In this document: positions 29,642-38,339 of the stretch, in pieces
Layout: the number at the start of each line of letters is the position of its first letter
Numbering within the stretch: position 1 is the first letter of the stretch
Assembly (NCBI GenBank): GCA_049591295.1
Contig: JBAWEQ010000230.1
Span: forward strand, 2,882 to 66,881
Length of the DNA stretch: 64,000 bases
Source: Acidobacteriota bacterium
Lineage (GTDB): Bacteria > Acidobacteriota > UBA4820 > DSQY01
Direction of reading: 5' to 3'
Made by a program: the position numbers and the translations under genes
The notes under the pieces: model-generated
The model's input: the letters and a program-made list of their open reading frames with translations, nothing else
Database searches by the model: none
What the model was told of the DNA's origin: nothing

Positions 29642-31092
29642 ATCGCGGAAGGGTCAAAGCCTCGTGGGTCAGGGTCCTGGCCGCGGCGGTGGGCTTGGGA
29701 TTGCCCGTAGCCGCGCTGCCCCAGGAAACGGGCCAAGTCCACGCCGCCATCGGCGAGCTGCTCCCGCTCTGGTCCATCCTGCCCTTCGCGGGAATCCTGC
29801 TCTCCATAGCCCTCTTTCCGCTGATGGCTCCGCACTTCTGGCACCGGCACTACCCCAAGGTCTCCCTCTTCTGGGCGCTGGTCTTCGGCGTGCCCTTCCT
29901 GCTGGTCTACCGGATGAGCGCCTGGCACGAGGTGCTCCATATCTACCTCGTGGACTACGTCCCGTTCATCATCCTTCTCTGGGGCCTCTTTGCGGTGTCG
30001 GGCGGATTGGTCCTGCGGGGGACCATGGCCGGGACTCCCAAGGTGAACACGCTCTTCCTCCTGATCGGCACGGTCATCGCCTCCTGGACCGGCACCACGG
30101 GCGCGGCGATGCTGCTCATCCGCCCCCTGCTGCGGGCTAACGCCGCCCGGCACCACAAGGCCCACGTGGTCGTCTTCTTCATCTTCCTGGTGGCCAACAT
30201 CGGAGGGAGCCTCACACCGCTCGGCGATCCGCCCCTCTTCCTGGGGTTCCTGCACGGCGTGCCCTTCTTCTGGACGCTGCGGCTTCTGCCGATGATGGGT
30301 GCTGCCTCGGTGGTGCTGCTCGCGGTCTTCTATGGCATCGACAGGTACTACTTCCGGAAGGAACCGGACGAGGTTCACAGGAAAGAGGAGACGGCCCAGA
30401 CCCCGCTACGCCTAGACGGGTGGCACAACCTCTTCTACCTGGCCGGCATCCTGGGGGCGGTCCTGCTGTCGGGGTTCTGGCACGGGGGGGTGCTCGACGT
30501 GCTGGGCGTCCACCTGGAGGTGCAGGACCTCGTCCGCGATGCCATCATCGTGGCCATGGCCCTCCTCTCGGTGTGGACGACGCCTGGCCGCCTGAGGAAG
30601 GACAACGGGTTCACGTGGGAGCCCATCCGGGAGGTGGCCCTCCTCTTCGCCGGAATCTTCGCGACGATCATCCCGGCCTTGGCCATCCTGAAGGCGGGCG
30701 AGAGCGGTCACATGGCTTTCCTGGTTGCCTCCGTCCGCGAGCCGTGGGAATACTTCTGGGCCGCCGGCGGGCTCTCGTCGTTCCTGGACAACGCTCCCAC
30801 CTACTTGACCTTCTTCAACATGCAGCTCGGCAGGTTCTACCCCGGCCTGCCTGAATCGCAAGCCGTGGTCCAGCTGATTCAGACGCACGCACGTTTTCTC
30901 GAGGCGGTGGCCACGGGGGCGGTCTTCATGGGGGCCAACACGTACATCGGGAACGCGCCCAACTTCATGGTGCGCTCGATCGCTGAGGAGGCTGGGGTGG
31001 ATATGCCGTCCTTCTTCGGCTACCTATTCAAGTGGGCGGTCCCGATCCTCCTCCCGCTTTTCGTACTCATCAGCCTTATATTCTTTCTGTGA
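29638..31092 (+). CDS. NhaD/ArsB-like ion transporter family permease (putative Na+/H+ antiporter)
   Basis: About 480 aa, polytopic with signal-like N-terminus. Start uncertain: TTG at 29638 overlapping the DinG stop, or a downstream GTG. The upstream part of ORF 29131.. lies in another frame over dinG and is rejected. Confidence 0.6.
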   Translation: MNRGRVKASWVRVLAAAVGLGLPVAALPQETGQVHAAIGELLPLWSILPFAGILLSIALFPLMAPHFWHRHYPKVSLFWALVFGVPFLLVYRMSAWHEVLHIYLVDYVPFIILLWGLFAVSGGLVLRGTMAGTPKVNTLFLLIGTVIASWTGTTGAAMLLIRPLLRANAARHHKAHVVVFFIFLVANIGGSLTPLGDPPLFLGFLHGVPFFWTLRLLPMMGAASVVLLAVFYGIDRYYFRKEPDEVHRKEETAQTPLRLDGWHNLFYLAGILGAVLLSGFWHGGVLDVLGVHLEVQDLVRDAIIVAMALLSVWTTPGRLRKDNGFTWEPIREVALLFAGIFATIIPALAILKAGESGHMAFLVASVREPWEYFWAAGGLSSFLDNAPTYLTFFNMQLGRFYPGLPESQAVVQLIQTHARFLEAVATGAVFMGANTYIGNAPNFMVRSIAEEAGVDMPSFFGYLFKWAVPILLPLFVLISLIFFL

Positions 31093-31112
31093 TCGCGTTG
31101 TAGGAGGCGGCC

Positions 31113-31694
31113 ATGGCGGTCAGGTACGCCGAGCTGGTGGTTGACGGCCCACGGGGATGGGACATCGGGTTCATCCGTGGCTTTCTGCGCGCAAAGGGGC
31201 TGGCAGACAGGGTCCTGAACGCGGAAGCCGAAGGGTTCGACTGCGCCCACCTGCGGGAGCAGGTTCGTGAGTTCCTCCATCCCGCCGCTGAGACTCTGCA
31301 CCTTCTCGTTCCCGAGGACCTCGTGCCCGACGTCCTCGCTGCCGTGGACGATTCGTCCAAGGCGGGAAGACCCATGGCGGTGCGGCACCGGCGCAGCGTC
31401 GCGGGGGCTCGGTTCCGGTTCACGGTCCACGTCTTCTCGAAGGAGCATGCGGAGCGCGCGAGGGCGATCTTCGACGGCCTCCCGGAAGGCGTAGCGCTCT
31501 CCCCGGACGCGTCCTTCGAGGAGATCGTGGACGACGGCGTGAGAGGCGTGGACTTGTACGCGCCCGTCCACGCCTATGAGATGAAGGGGGAGGGAGCCGT
31601 GGAGGGAGATCTGGAAGGCGTGCTGGCCGTCCACCGAACCTGCCGGGACGACGAGCAGGTGCACCCGGAGGCGCTCCACATTCTGGCCGAGTAG
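31113..31694 (+). CDS. Hypothetical protein
   Basis: 193 aa; AGGAGG 5 nt before the ATG; GC3-rich coding signal; no recognisable domain. Confidence 0.5.
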   Translation: MAVRYAELVVDGPRGWDIGFIRGFLRAKGLADRVLNAEAEGFDCAHLREQVREFLHPAAETLHLLVPEDLVPDVLAAVDDSSKAGRPMAVRHRRSVAGARFRFTVHVFSKEHAERARAIFDGLPEGVALSPDASFEEIVDDGVRGVDLYAPVHAYEMKGEGAVEGDLEGVLAVHRTCRDDEQVHPEALHILAE

Positions 31695-31826
31695 GGCCCC
31701 TTCACCGCCGGGACACGAAGGCGCCCCGGTTCATCTTCGGGCGACCGGTGCCAAGGTTCCCCTGCAAGAGCCCTCAATGTCTTTCTTGGTGCCTTGGTGA
31801 CTTGGTGGTGAACCCCTGAACTGCCC

Positions 31827-31861
31827 GAAAAAAAGGAGGGCGGGGAGTGATCCCCGCCCTC
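31827..31861 (-). terminator. Intrinsic terminator of hppA (possibly bidirectional)
   Basis: Perfect 11-bp stem gagggcgggga/tccccgccctc with a 4-nt loop at 31836-31861, followed on the minus strand by a U7 run (plus-strand AAAAAAA at 31828-31834); 23 nt after the hppA stop. Confidence 0.6.
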
Positions 31862-31883
31862 GATGTTTCCGGCAGGTTCTCGC

Positions 31884-34124
31884 CTAGATGAACAGAGGCG
31901 CGAGCACCAGCGTGATGGTGGAGAGCAGCTTGATGAGGACGTGCAGCGACGGGCCGGCGGTGTCCTTGAAGGGGTCGCCGACGGTGTCGCCCACCACGGC
32001 CGCGCCGTGGGTGGGGTTCTTCACCTTGTTGCCCTGGGCGTCAGTCAGGTACTTGCCGCCGTGGGCGCCCGATTCGATGTATTTCTTGGCGTTGTCCCAA
32101 GCGCCGCCGCCGTTGTTGAGGAAGAGGGCCATGAGGATGCCGCAGATGGTGCCGACCATGAGGAGGCCGGCCACGGACTCGGCGGCGATCAGGGGGTGTG
32201 CCGGTGAGGCGAAGAGAAGCTTGAAGAGGTAGCCCGTGGCGATGGGGGTCAGGACCACGAGAAGCCCGGGCGCCACCATCTGACGAAGGGCGGACTTGGT
32301 GACGATGTCCACGCAGGAGCCGTAATCCGGCTTGAAGTCCTTGGGGAACTGGATCATGTCGTTCAGCCTGGGCAGCTTGGCGTACTGCCTGCGGACCTCG
32401 GCGATGATTGCCTGCGCCGCCTTGCCCACGGCACGGATCGCCATGGAGGAGAACAGGAAGACCAGGGTGGCGCCGATGAGCCCGCCCACGAAGACCACGG
32501 GCTTGCTCAGATCCACGACGCCGAGCGGCTTGCCGGCGTACTTGCCGACCTCATCCATGTAGGCCTGGAAGAGCAGGAAGGCGGCGAGGCCCGCGGAACC
32601 CACGGCGTAACCCTTGGTCAGGGCCTTGGTGGTGTTGCCCACGGCGTCCAGGCGGTCGGTCTTCTTGCGGATCTCCTCCGGCTGTTCCGACATCTCGACG
32701 ATGCCGCCGGCGTTGTCGGTGATTGGCCCGAAGGTGTCCATGGCCAGGATGTAGGCCGCCGTGGCGAGCATGCCCATCGTGGCCACGGCCGTCCCGAAGA
32801 GCCCAGCGCCGGGCATTCCGGGGATGCTCTCACCCAGGAAATAGGAGATCAGAAGGGCGGCGCTCATGGAGAGGGCGGGCATCCAGACGCACTCGAGGCC
32901 GACGCCGATGCCGGCGATGATGTTCGTCGCGGGACCCGTGGTGGAGGCCTCTGCGATGGACTGCACGGGGCGAAAACGGTATTCGGTGTAGTACTGGGTG
33001 ATGTAGACGAAGGCGACCGAGCAGAGGACGCCCACGATGCCGCAGAGGAAGAAGTGCCACCACGCATCGGGCGCCTTGGGGCTGTTGAGGAGCCAGTAGG
33101 TGGCTCCGCCGAAGGCGATCATGGCCAGGACCACGGCCACGTAGTAGCCGCGGTTCAGGACCTGCATGGGGTCCATCTTCTCTTCCTTGTCCATCCGCAC
33201 GGACATGATCCCGATGATGCAGGCGATGATGCCGAAGGCGCGGGCCACGAGGGGGAACATCATGACGCCGATGATGCCCATAGAGAAGCCCACCCCTAGC
33301 TTATCGGCGGTGGTGGCCAGAGAAGCCCCGAGGATCATGGCGCCGATGTTCTCGGCGGCGGTGGATTCAAAGAGGTCGGCACCGCGGCCAGCGCAGTCGC
33401 CCACGTTGTCGCCCACCAGGTCGGCGATGACGGCGGGGTTCCGCGGGTCGTCTTCAGGGATGCCCGCCTCCACCTTACCCACGAGGTCGGCGCCCACGTC
33501 GGCGGCCTTGGTGTAGATTCCTCCGCCGAGCTGGGCAAACAGGGCCACGAAGGAGGCACCGAACCCGTAGCCGATGATCAGCAGGGGGATGTCCTCGGGC
33601 TTGGTCGTCTTGGAGGCATCCACGATGGCGTAGAGCCCAGCCACGCCCAGGAGGCTCATGGCCACCACGAGAAGGCCGGACACCGCGCCGCCGCGAAGGG
33701 CGATCTGCATCGCGTCGTTCAGGCTCGTGAGGGCCGCGTTTGCGGTCCGGATGTTGCTTCGAATCGAAACCCACATGCCCACGTAACCGGCGAATACCGA
33801 GCAGAGGGCGCCGAGGACGAAGGAGAGGGTGATCCAGAAGGCCAGGTGCAGCGGGTTCTGAACTGGGTCGAACTGGTGGTGGGCACGGGCGAAGCCGTAA
33901 CCGATGAAGAGGACGACGGCGAAGACGGCCGCTAGAACCAGGATGGTCCGGTTCTGCCTGCGCAGGAAGGCTTCAGCCCCCTCCTTGATGGCGTCCGAGA
34001 TACGCCGCATGGCGTCGGAGCCGGTGGGCTTGCCCACGACCCACCGGGCAAGGAAGGCCGCGAACAACAGCCCGAAGACGCTGATCCCGATGATCAGACT
34101 CATCAGCAACCACAATTCACTCAT
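31884..34124 (-). CDS. hppA: Membrane-bound proton-translocating pyrophosphatase (V-type H+-PPase)
   Basis: 746 aa, about 16 TM segments; signature GDNVGDCAGRGADLFES and GDTVGDPFKDTAGPS motifs. Confidence 0.95.
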   Translation of the reverse strand: MSELWLLMSLIIGISVFGLLFAAFLARWVVGKPTGSDAMRRISDAIKEGAEAFLRRQNRTILVLAAVFAVVLFIGYGFARAHHQFDPVQNPLHLAFWITLSFVLGALCSVFAGYVGMWVSIRSNIRTANAALTSLNDAMQIALRGGAVSGLLVVAMSLLGVAGLYAIVDASKTTKPEDIPLLIIGYGFGASFVALFAQLGGGIYTKAADVGADLVGKVEAGIPEDDPRNPAVIADLVGDNVGDCAGRGADLFESTAAENIGAMILGASLATTADKLGVGFSMGIIGVMMFPLVARAFGIIACIIGIMSVRMDKEEKMDPMQVLNRGYYVAVVLAMIAFGGATYWLLNSPKAPDAWWHFFLCGIVGVLCSVAFVYITQYYTEYRFRPVQSIAEASTTGPATNIIAGIGVGLECVWMPALSMSAALLISYFLGESIPGMPGAGLFGTAVATMGMLATAAYILAMDTFGPITDNAGGIVEMSEQPEEIRKKTDRLDAVGNTTKALTKGYAVGSAGLAAFLLFQAYMDEVGKYAGKPLGVVDLSKPVVFVGGLIGATLVFLFSSMAIRAVGKAAQAIIAEVRRQYAKLPRLNDMIQFPKDFKPDYGSCVDIVTKSALRQMVAPGLLVVLTPIATGYLFKLLFASPAHPLIAAESVAGLLMVGTICGILMALFLNNGGGAWDNAKKYIESGAHGGKYLTDAQGNKVKNPTHGAAVVGDTVGDPFKDTAGPSLHVLIKLLSTITLVLAPLFI

Positions 34125-34540
34125 GGCGACTCTCCTTCATGGACTCTGTACATGGGTTCTGTCGAAGTGAGATCATGGCCCCCCCATTTGCGTAAGTCTC
34201 AAGCAAGAAGGAATCATAGTGCGGCATCCCGGCTTCCGAGTCAAGAGCGAAAAACGATACAACCTGATGCGCCCTGGGCGGCTACTGCGGTCACGGACGA
34301 AGCGAATGTGAGGAGCGAGAGGTCCGGTTCCGCACGCTTTGAGAGGGGAGGACGGAAACTCTCCACTTGCAGTAGCGATGGCCGGGAAAGGACAATGGGG
34401 CGGAAAAGGTGCGGACGGGCATATGGGGGAATTGCCGCAGGCCTCCGGAGTGGCCGAGATGTACATGGGGTCCGTATGGGCGAAGGGCTCACCGGAAACG
34501 CGGCGCGCAGGGACGAGCACCTTCCTGCCACCCCGATTTT

Positions 34541-34587
34541 CGGATCAACGGGAAACAGAAGCGGGGGGAACGTCTCCATTCCCCCCG
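34541..34587 (-). terminator. Candidate terminator of the tonB-exbB-exbD-exbD operon
   Basis: 8-bp G/C stem gcgggggg/ccccccgc with a 12-nt loop at 34560-34587, followed on the minus strand by CUUCUGUUUCCCGUU; about 70 nt after the exbD stop. Confidence 0.35.
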
Positions 34588-34653
34588 CGACTGGCTCGAG
34601 ACTGTGGTTCAGGGTTGGTTCAAAGCCGGAGTGTGAAGCCCCGGCCGGTTGGC

Positions 34654-35058
34654 TCAGTTCAGCACGAAGCCGATCGTCTCCACCTTACCCTGGCCCCTGG
34701 CGATGTCCAGGGCCTTGATGACCGTCTCGTAGGCGACCTTGTTGTCGGCGTCGACAAAGAGGACCTTGTCAGCCCGGGTGGCGTAGATGGCACCGAGCTT
34801 CTCCCCAAGATCCTGCATGGTGACGGGGCCCTTGTTGATGGCCATGCTGCCGTCCGCGCTGATCTGTAGCACGATCGCGTTGCTGTTCGACGGGTTGGTG
34901 CTGGGCGGGGCCTTCGGGGGCACCTGGGTTTCGAAGCCCTTCTGCATGATGGGTGTGATCACCATGAAGATGATCAGCAACACCAGCAGAATGTCCACCA
35001 GGGGCGTGATGTTGATGTCCGACTTGGGGCCGCCGCTGCTCTTCACGTCCATGCTCAT
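34654..35058 (-). CDS. exbD: Biopolymer transport protein ExbD/TolR
   Basis: 134 aa; INITPLVDILLVLLIIFMV TM segment and ExbD periplasmic domain. Confidence 0.85.
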   Translation of the reverse strand: MSMDVKSSGGPKSDINITPLVDILLVLLIIFMVITPIMQKGFETQVPPKAPPSTNPSNSNAIVLQISADGSMAINKGPVTMQDLGEKLGAIYATRADKVLFVDADNKVAYETVIKALDIARGQGKVETIGFVLN

Positions 35059-35072
35059 GGCTTAACCCCTTC

Positions 35073-35540
35073 TTAGCCGTTGCCCGCGACCGCGGAGGCA
35101 GCGTTCCCGGTAACCACGTTGCCCTTCGCGTCCACGTGCTGGGAGACGAGCCCGACGCCCTTGAATCCGACGGCCTGCGTGTAGCGGAGAACGTCCTTGA
35201 CCTGGCCGAAGTCCAGGCGCTTGTCACCCTTGATGTAGACGGCGCGGCCGGGATTCCTGGCGTAAGCCTCCTGCAGGTTGTCCTTCAGGACGTCGATGGG
35301 CACCCACTTGTCCCCGTAATAGATCTTGCCGTCGGCCTGAATGCTGATGGTGACGTTGGATTCCTTCTCTGGCTCGTTGGACGGGTTCATGGCCGTGGGC
35401 AGCTGAACCGGGACGCCCTTCTGGAGCAGGGGCGTGACCACCATGAAGATGATCAGGAGCACCAGGCACACGTCGCAGAAGGGCGTGACGTTGATATCAT
35501 TCTTGAAACCCCCACTGCCGTTGCCTACATCCATACTCAT
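35073..35540 (-). CDS. exbD: Biopolymer transport protein ExbD/TolR (second paralogue)
   Basis: Start at internal ATG (MSMDVGNG..., AGGAGG 5 nt upstream); INVTPFCDVCLVLLIIFMV TM segment. Confidence 0.85.
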   Translation of the reverse strand: MSMDVGNGSGGFKNDINVTPFCDVCLVLLIIFMVVTPLLQKGVPVQLPTAMNPSNEPEKESNVTISIQADGKIYYGDKWVPIDVLKDNLQEAYARNPGRAVYIKGDKRLDFGQVKDVLRYTQAVGFKGVGLVSQHVDAKGNVVTGNAASAVAGNG

Positions 35541-35554
35541 GGTGACCTCCTGGG

Positions 35555-36229
35555 TTACTTCTCTTCGATGCCCGTGACCTTGATGAAGTGGTCCACCAAC
35601 TCGGAGGAGGCGTTGCTCATCTCGATGGAAATGAGGTCGGCCTTGTTGACGAAGTAGTTGTAGAACCACACCGCGGGAATGGCCACGAACAAGCCGAAGG
35701 CCGTGGTGATCAGGGCTTCGGAGATACCGCCGGCCACAGCGCCGATGCCGCCCGACCCGGTGAGGGCCATGCCGCGGAAGGCGTTGATGATGCCGATGAC
35801 CGTTCCGAACAGACCGACGAAGGGCGCCGTGGCGCCGATGGTGGCCAGGGAGCTCAGGCCGCGCTTCATCTCGGACGAGGTCTTCACGGTGGCGCGCTCG
35901 ATGGCCCGCTTCGCCGCCTCGATGACGTTGTACTGGACGCCGCCGCTCGTGTTGGCCTTGAACTCCAAGAGCGCGGCGGAGAAGACCTTGGCGAGGTGGC
36001 TATTCTTGGACTTCTTGGCCAGGTCGATGCACTCATCCAGCTTGTTCTGCTTCAGCAGGTTGCCCACCTTGCCGATGAACTCCAGCGACTGCTTCTTGGC
36101 CGACCGGAAGACAATGAAGCGGTCGATGAACACCCAGATGGAAATCAAGCTCATGAGCATGAGCAGCATGGCCACGGACTTGGCCAGAAAACCCATACTG
36201 TTCCAGAGGTCAATAATGCTGAAACCCAT
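35555..36229 (-). CDS. exbB: MotA/TolQ/ExbB proton-channel family protein
   Basis: 224 aa; three TM helices and the conserved LATIGATAPFVGLFGTV motif. Local GC (~52%) is well below the window average. Confidence 0.9.
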   Translation of the reverse strand: MGFSIIDLWNSMGFLAKSVAMLLMLMSLISIWVFIDRFIVFRSAKKQSLEFIGKVGNLLKQNKLDECIDLAKKSKNSHLAKVFSAALLEFKANTSGGVQYNVIEAAKRAIERATVKTSSEMKRGLSSLATIGATAPFVGLFGTVIGIINAFRGMALTGSGGIGAVAGGISEALITTAFGLFVAIPAVWFYNYFVNKADLISIEMSNASSELVDHFIKVTGIEEK

Positions 36230-36267
36230 TGCCTGGACTCCTTTCTTCGGTAAGCCAACCGTGAACC

Positions 36268-36987
36268 CTACTGAACCTTAAAGTTTATCGTCACGAGCCA
36301 ATAGACCGACACCGCCTGACCGGCTTCCGTCGTGGGCGTCGAGTACTTCCACCTGCGCACGGCGTCCAGCGCCGCCTGATTAAAGATGGGGTTGGTGGAC
36401 TGAACCACGCGGGCGTTCGTCACGTCGCCGTGTTCGTTGATGACGATCTCCACGACGACTCTCCCGGCGAGTCCCATGGCCTGGGCGGCCGGGGGATACG
36501 TGGGGTTGACCTGGTCGATCAATTTGGGCTGGCGGATCGAGCCCATGGGGAGGATCTTCTGCTGCTGCTGGCCGGTGTCCACGCCGCCCAGTACTCCACC
36601 GAGCACGCCGCCTTCCACGCCGCCCTCGACGCCGCCCTCGACGCCGCCCTCACCGCTGCCACCGGCATTCGGGTTGGGGGGGGGAAGCTTCTCGGGGATG
36701 ACCGTGGGGGCCACCAGCTTGTCTGGGTTGATCGGCGGGGCCACGGGAGTCTTGACCACGGCCACCTTGGGGGGCGGCGGCGGAGGAGGCGGTGGCGGCG
36801 GAGGAGGAGCCGCGCTGAAGAAGCTGATGGTGATGGGCGGGGGCTCCAGCGTGTCCGCGGCATAGATCGAGTAGAGGACGAGCCCCAGAATCAAGACGAC
36901 GTGCAACGCAACGGTAATGGGGAAGGTCCACATCTTGATCTTGGAGACCTTCGGCCGTTTCGTTTCGACTAGCGAGTCTTCAAACAT
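36268..36987 (-). CDS. tonB: Energy transducer TonB
   Basis: N-terminal TM anchor, 13-residue poly-Pro linker plus (GGVE) repeats, and the conserved TonB C-terminal domain. Confidence 0.85.
   Translation of the reverse strand: MFEDSLVETKRPKVSKIKMWTFPITVALHVVLILGLVLYSIYAADTLEPPPITISFFSAAPPPPPPPPPPPPPKVAVVKTPVAPPINPDKLVAPTVIPEKLPPPNPNAGGSGEGGVEGGVEGGVEGGVLGGVLGGVDTGQQQQKILPMGSIRQPKLIDQVNPTYPPAAQAMGLAGRVVVEIVINEHGDVTNARVVQSTNPIFNQAALDAVRRWKYSTPTTEAGQAVSVYWLVTINFKVQ
36607..36654. repeat. Coding 12-mer tandem repeat (gccgccctcSac x4) inside tonB, encoding (GGVE/GGVL)n
   Basis: Direct inspection; adjacent GGN run encodes P13. Confidence 0.6.
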
Positions 36988-36999
36988 GCGGGCACCTCG

Positions 37000-37923
37000 T
37001 CAATTCTGGGAAGCGTTCGCCGAAGGGGAACCCGGAGCCGTCGCGGTGGCGGGCGAACCGCTGCCTCCCTTGCGAATTTCCAGGGCAATGTCGCGTTCCT
37101 TGTTCGCCATGGTGAGGAAGTCGTCGGCCTGCTGGAGCAGCTCCTTCTTCTTCTGGCGGTTCTTCTCCTGGTCGGCCGCGTTCTTGGCCAACTCGGACTT
37201 CTGCCGGTAGAGAAGGTTCATGTAGAGGTGGCCGGTGAAGTTCTTGGGATCGAGCTGGAGGGCCTTCTGCAGGGCCGCCACGCCCTCGTCCACGATCTGC
37301 GAGCGCAAGGCGTCGGGGTCCTGCTTCTGATAGGAGCGCTGCCAGCAAAGGGCGCCGATGAAGAGATAGCCGGCGGGATCGTTGGGCGTGAGCTCGGCCT
37401 TCTTCTTCGAATATTCGAGTGACTTCGGGAAGTTGCCCATCTTCCCGTACATGGTGGCGAGAATCTGCATGATGCGGGGGTCGGTGGGGTCTTTCTGAAG
37501 GGCCTTCTCGTAGTATTTGATCCCGTCTGCGAGAAGGTTCTGGTTGATGTAGAGGTTGATGATGTAATCCTGGACCTGATCGTCCTTGCCGACGATGTCG
37601 AGGTACTTCTGAAAGGCGTTCAGGGCCTTCTGGGTGTAGTCCTGGTCCTTCTTCTGCATGGAGCCGGGAGTCACCAGGCTCCAGTAGCAGAAGGCGAGGT
37701 ACTTCCAGTTCTCGGCCCGGCTCGGGTTGATGGCGAGCGCCTGCTCGTAGTCCTTGGCGGCCTCCTCGAAGTGGCCGGCCTTGTATGCCTTGGCCGCATC
37801 CTTCATGGCGATGTGCTCGTTGAGGGAAGCACAACCCGAAAGCATGGCCGCGAGGAAGAGAGCCCCCAGCAGCCATATGACCCTGCTTTTCCATTTCAGC
37901 CTGTCAGAATGGCCCAGACTCAT
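37000..37923 (-). CDS. Tetratricopeptide-repeat lipoprotein (first gene of the Ton cluster)
   Basis: Lipobox LLGALFLAAMLSGC; multiple TPR-like A/Y/W-rich helices; ATG at 37923. Confidence 0.8.
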   Translation of the reverse strand: MSLGHSDRLKWKSRVIWLLGALFLAAMLSGCASLNEHIAMKDAAKAYKAGHFEEAAKDYEQALAINPSRAENWKYLAFCYWSLVTPGSMQKKDQDYTQKALNAFQKYLDIVGKDDQVQDYIINLYINQNLLADGIKYYEKALQKDPTDPRIMQILATMYGKMGNFPKSLEYSKKKAELTPNDPAGYLFIGALCWQRSYQKQDPDALRSQIVDEGVAALQKALQLDPKNFTGHLYMNLLYRQKSELAKNAADQEKNRQKKKELLQQADDFLTMANKERDIALEIRKGGSGSPATATAPGSPSANASQN

Positions 37924-38339
37924 TGCAATGGCCTCCCAGAGGGTTCCCTAGTTCATAGGGCTGATTCGACGGTTGTGGTGCTTTCTGTGAAGCCGGCCGC
38001 GGTGACTGCCCGCCGCCGAAGCTTGACCCCGCTGTCGCAACGACTCCGCTGAAAACCACCCCTTACGCATGGACCACCCGTGCGGCCCAGCCAAGAGGGC
38101 CATAAGAACATATCCAGGGAATTTTGGCAAGCTCCCCAGCACCCCCCTCTGAAATGGGGGTTTTAGCCCAATCCTGAGGGCAAATGTAAGGCATGAAAGA
38201 AGGTTGCGCCACGATCCGGCAACAGGGCGCAGGGGGCGCGGACGGGTGAGGCGAGGATTGCGGTGGAGCTTGCCTTGGACGCTGAAGGGGCAAATAATCC
38301 ATGCTCCCTGGCGTTAGGAGAGCCTGAAGGAGCCGGACG

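Noticed and set aside
34213-34244. TTGACT / TATGAT sigma-70-like hexamers upstream of hppA
   Set aside because: The spacer is about 20 nt by direct count, outside the 16-19 nt range, and promoter consensus for this lineage is unknown.
36590-36840. Tandem repeats in tonB as a possible CRISPR or minisatellite
   Set aside because: They are in-frame coding repeats (poly-Pro and GGVE linker) typical of TonB. There are no spacers and no cas genes.
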